A stretch of 64,000 bases of DNA from Neoechinorhynchus agilis (Eukaryota; Animalia; Acanthocephala): NCBI GenBank assembly GCA_051530055.1, contig CM121341.1:8348784-8412783 (forward strand). Reading direction: 5' to 3'. How positions within the stretch are numbered: the first letter of the stretch is position 1; each line of letters opens with the position of its first letter. The notes beneath the pieces were generated by a model. That model was given only the letters and a program-made list of their open reading frames with translations, was not told where the DNA came from and did not search any database. Of this stretch, positions 61,629 through 64,000 are shown in pieces. The position numbers and the translations under genes were made by a program.

Positions 61629-63471
61629 ATGTCAAAGTGTCCTCCAAAGATTCTATTCTACGACACACTGATTAACCATTCAAATGAGTCCAAAGACGAC
61701 CTTGCAGTTCCAAGCGTTCATCACATTCGTTTCCAGCACCCGATTTACGTGAGTGAATTTCGAGTGATGGGCTCTCACGATCTCGAAACTGAGCGCTTCT
61801 CAGACCTCCTTGGTCTCAAGTGTGATACGCAACCAGATCGCCTAAAGGTCGAGGTATTTGGAATCAATTTGAACGAGCGTATTGATCGGGTAACCGTTTT
61901 CCAACAATTGTGTACGATTCGTTATTCAGGTGGTGGAAAACGTGGAATGAGCGCTGAAGTCAATCAAGACATTCCTACCGAACGCCTTGTATTCCGTGGA
62001 CTTTTCGAACGAGTTACCATCGCTGTAATTGGCGTGTTTGCAAGAGCGAAGACATCTCGAGCGAACGAAATGGGGCAAGTTCAGCCTACCGTTGTCGGTG
62101 CCGCCGCCGGCATTGTAAGTGGAGCAGTCGTTATGGATCAAATATCAGCAGCTAGCTCGTTTTTTACTGATTCATCTCTAATTGACGCATTCTCACAAAT
62201 TGCGTCGATCATTCCATCGACTGGACCGACGATTCCAACGATCGCTTTGCCTCAATCTCGCCACAATGTACATGCTCCTTGTATGCAACAACCCTCAAGA
62301 AGGCCGTCCATATTCCCTCAAAGGAACCAACAGTTAAATCTACCTAATCTTAATATGTTCATTCAATCATCAAGCAACGTGCTTGCTTATAGATCCGACG
62401 CAGAAGTAAATTCGGATTCGTCGTTTAGTCAAAGCAGTGGAATAGACATTGATTCGGATATTGATGACGTCGAATTTAAAGAAGATGACGAGTCTTTTTT
62501 GATTGAACCAAGCTCGGATCTACTTCTAAACGAAGCTCTCACATGAAAAGGGAATCGTGTTTTACTGTGAGAGAGAGCGACTTTGAAAGACATGATTCCT
62601 TTTGTATGTTCCTTTTGAACACTCAGAACCCCCCGATGACTCTACGTGGGAAACACTGAGTTTAATGACGGACACAGTCGAGTTTATTAGGTTTCTTGAT
62701 CAACGCTTAAACACTTTCAATTGTGTTAGTTCGTTGAGCAACACAATGGTTATTCGTATAAGTGAGGAAATTCTAAATGGACTTTGTATTTCACTCAATG
62801 ATCCCATTGAACAAATCAACCTATGGCATTCACTTTTCTCTCTCATAAAGAAGATTTTTCAACTCAAACGCTCTCAACAACTGCAAAATCAACTATTAGA
62901 AATGCGAATCCTGTCCAAACTCATGGACGTCCTCGATGACCACTATTCAACTAGTAAACTTCAGACGTACGTTATTGACGCTATTGAAATCATAGCGCAT
63001 ACTAAACAAGGTCTCAAAATGGTTTTCAGTAGGATTCCGGATAATCGACGGAGTGTGTACGATCGTTTACTCTCTCTCGTAACTCAAAAACGTCTGCGCC
63101 TCAGTGCGTCGTCCATTGATCGCATTTTGAAAAGAATGGGATTCTTTATAGATCTTGTTCTTTTTAATCAAACACTCTCTAAGTCCGGTGTGATCATGAA
63201 TTCATTTCTTGTTGTTCTAAAAGTACCCGAAGACAGCGAAACACTAGAGTTTACTGTAGAGCTAGCCAGTCATTTTGATTTGGTTGGCGTGACTTATCGC
63301 CGACACGCGAATCGTGTAGAACTGATAGATTTTCTCAAAAAACTTTTGTCGATGGATAACCTTAGTTTAGTCATCGACCGCTTGTTTGCTGGAAAAACGT
63401 GGCTTCGAGATTTATTCAACGATCTAAAGAAACAAAAAGAGGTTAGTACCAACGTTTATACCCGTCTGTGA
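61629..63471 (+). CDS. VIRMA: Virilizer / VIRMA (m6A writer adaptor) N-terminal part; frame breaks near 62540-62602; 3' end unresolved
   Basis: ILFYDTL...IRFQHPIYVSEFRV...VFQQLCTIRY...IPTERLVFRGLFERVTIAVIG matches the VIR_N pattern; a helical-looking ORF follows at 62602..63471. Confidence 0.8.
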
Positions 63472-64000
63472 GGACGTCCTTACACTTTTCCTAATTTTTA
63501 CATTTCATCTCCGCCCTTTTTAACGTTCTAATAGCGAAACCTTTTTTTCTCTCTATTTAACAGTGATTTTTCGGTTTTTTTAAAGAAATCAGTGATTCCT
63601 AGATTTTCTACGTGTGAAACGTGCTGCATCTTTTACACTCACAATTTGTCGCGCATTTTGAAAAAATTCTTTATCATTCGTGCAAATTCATTTGTATGTT
63701 ACTAAAATAATTATTTCTTTGGGAAAATATAGATATTAAATGAAACGATACAATGCGTTCAATGTAAACTATAACTTGCGCGTTTATTTTAATTTGAGAA
63801 TAAGAGTTTCATTAGCGGATTTATTGAACCTCAATTATTGGTATTTGTTTAAAAACAATCCGAATGAAGTCTTTTTTGGATCATAAATACTCCTGAAAAG
63901 TATTTTATTTATAATTTCACTGAAATACATAGTAATCCTAACGGTTTCAAAGCAAAATGTCCTTTAGAGAACGGTAATTTTGAACTTCATCAAATTGAAC

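Overview
Eukaryotic, AT-rich, repeat-rich window, probably from a fast-evolving animal (animal-type MRPS28, MCRS1, virilizer and an FNDC4/5-like TM segment). Most introns are very short (about 37-57 nt) with weak GT donors. Recognisable host genes: RRP5, a divergent beta-tubulin, MRPS28, MCRS1, CWC22 and virilizer/VIRMA. There is also an intronless 1178-aa Q/G/P/N/Y-rich protein built on a 39-aa repeat, plus several low-confidence hypothetical genes. Mobile DNA: at least nine relics of CRE-clade (restriction-like endonuclease) non-LTR retrotransposons, two near full-length APE-RT LINEs plus LINE fragments, two Ty3/gypsy relics, foldback/MITE-like elements, a 3-kb composite unit present twice, and three satellite families (167, ~190-200 and 189/209 bp). 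No rRNA, tRNA or CRISPR array was seen. Most notable: (1) a 31-bp motif sits exactly at the end of CRE relics at two loci and is also the core of a 10-unit tandem array, the whole block lying between 30-bp direct repeats; (2) splice acceptors lie at or just before most start codons, suggesting SL trans-splicing; (3) two CWC22 junctions need either in-frame insertions or non-canonical introns. Caveat: several genes and elements carry single-base frameshifts at or near homopolymers, which may be long-read consensus errors, so pseudogene calls and exact exon models are provisional. All homology calls are by eye, not from database searches.
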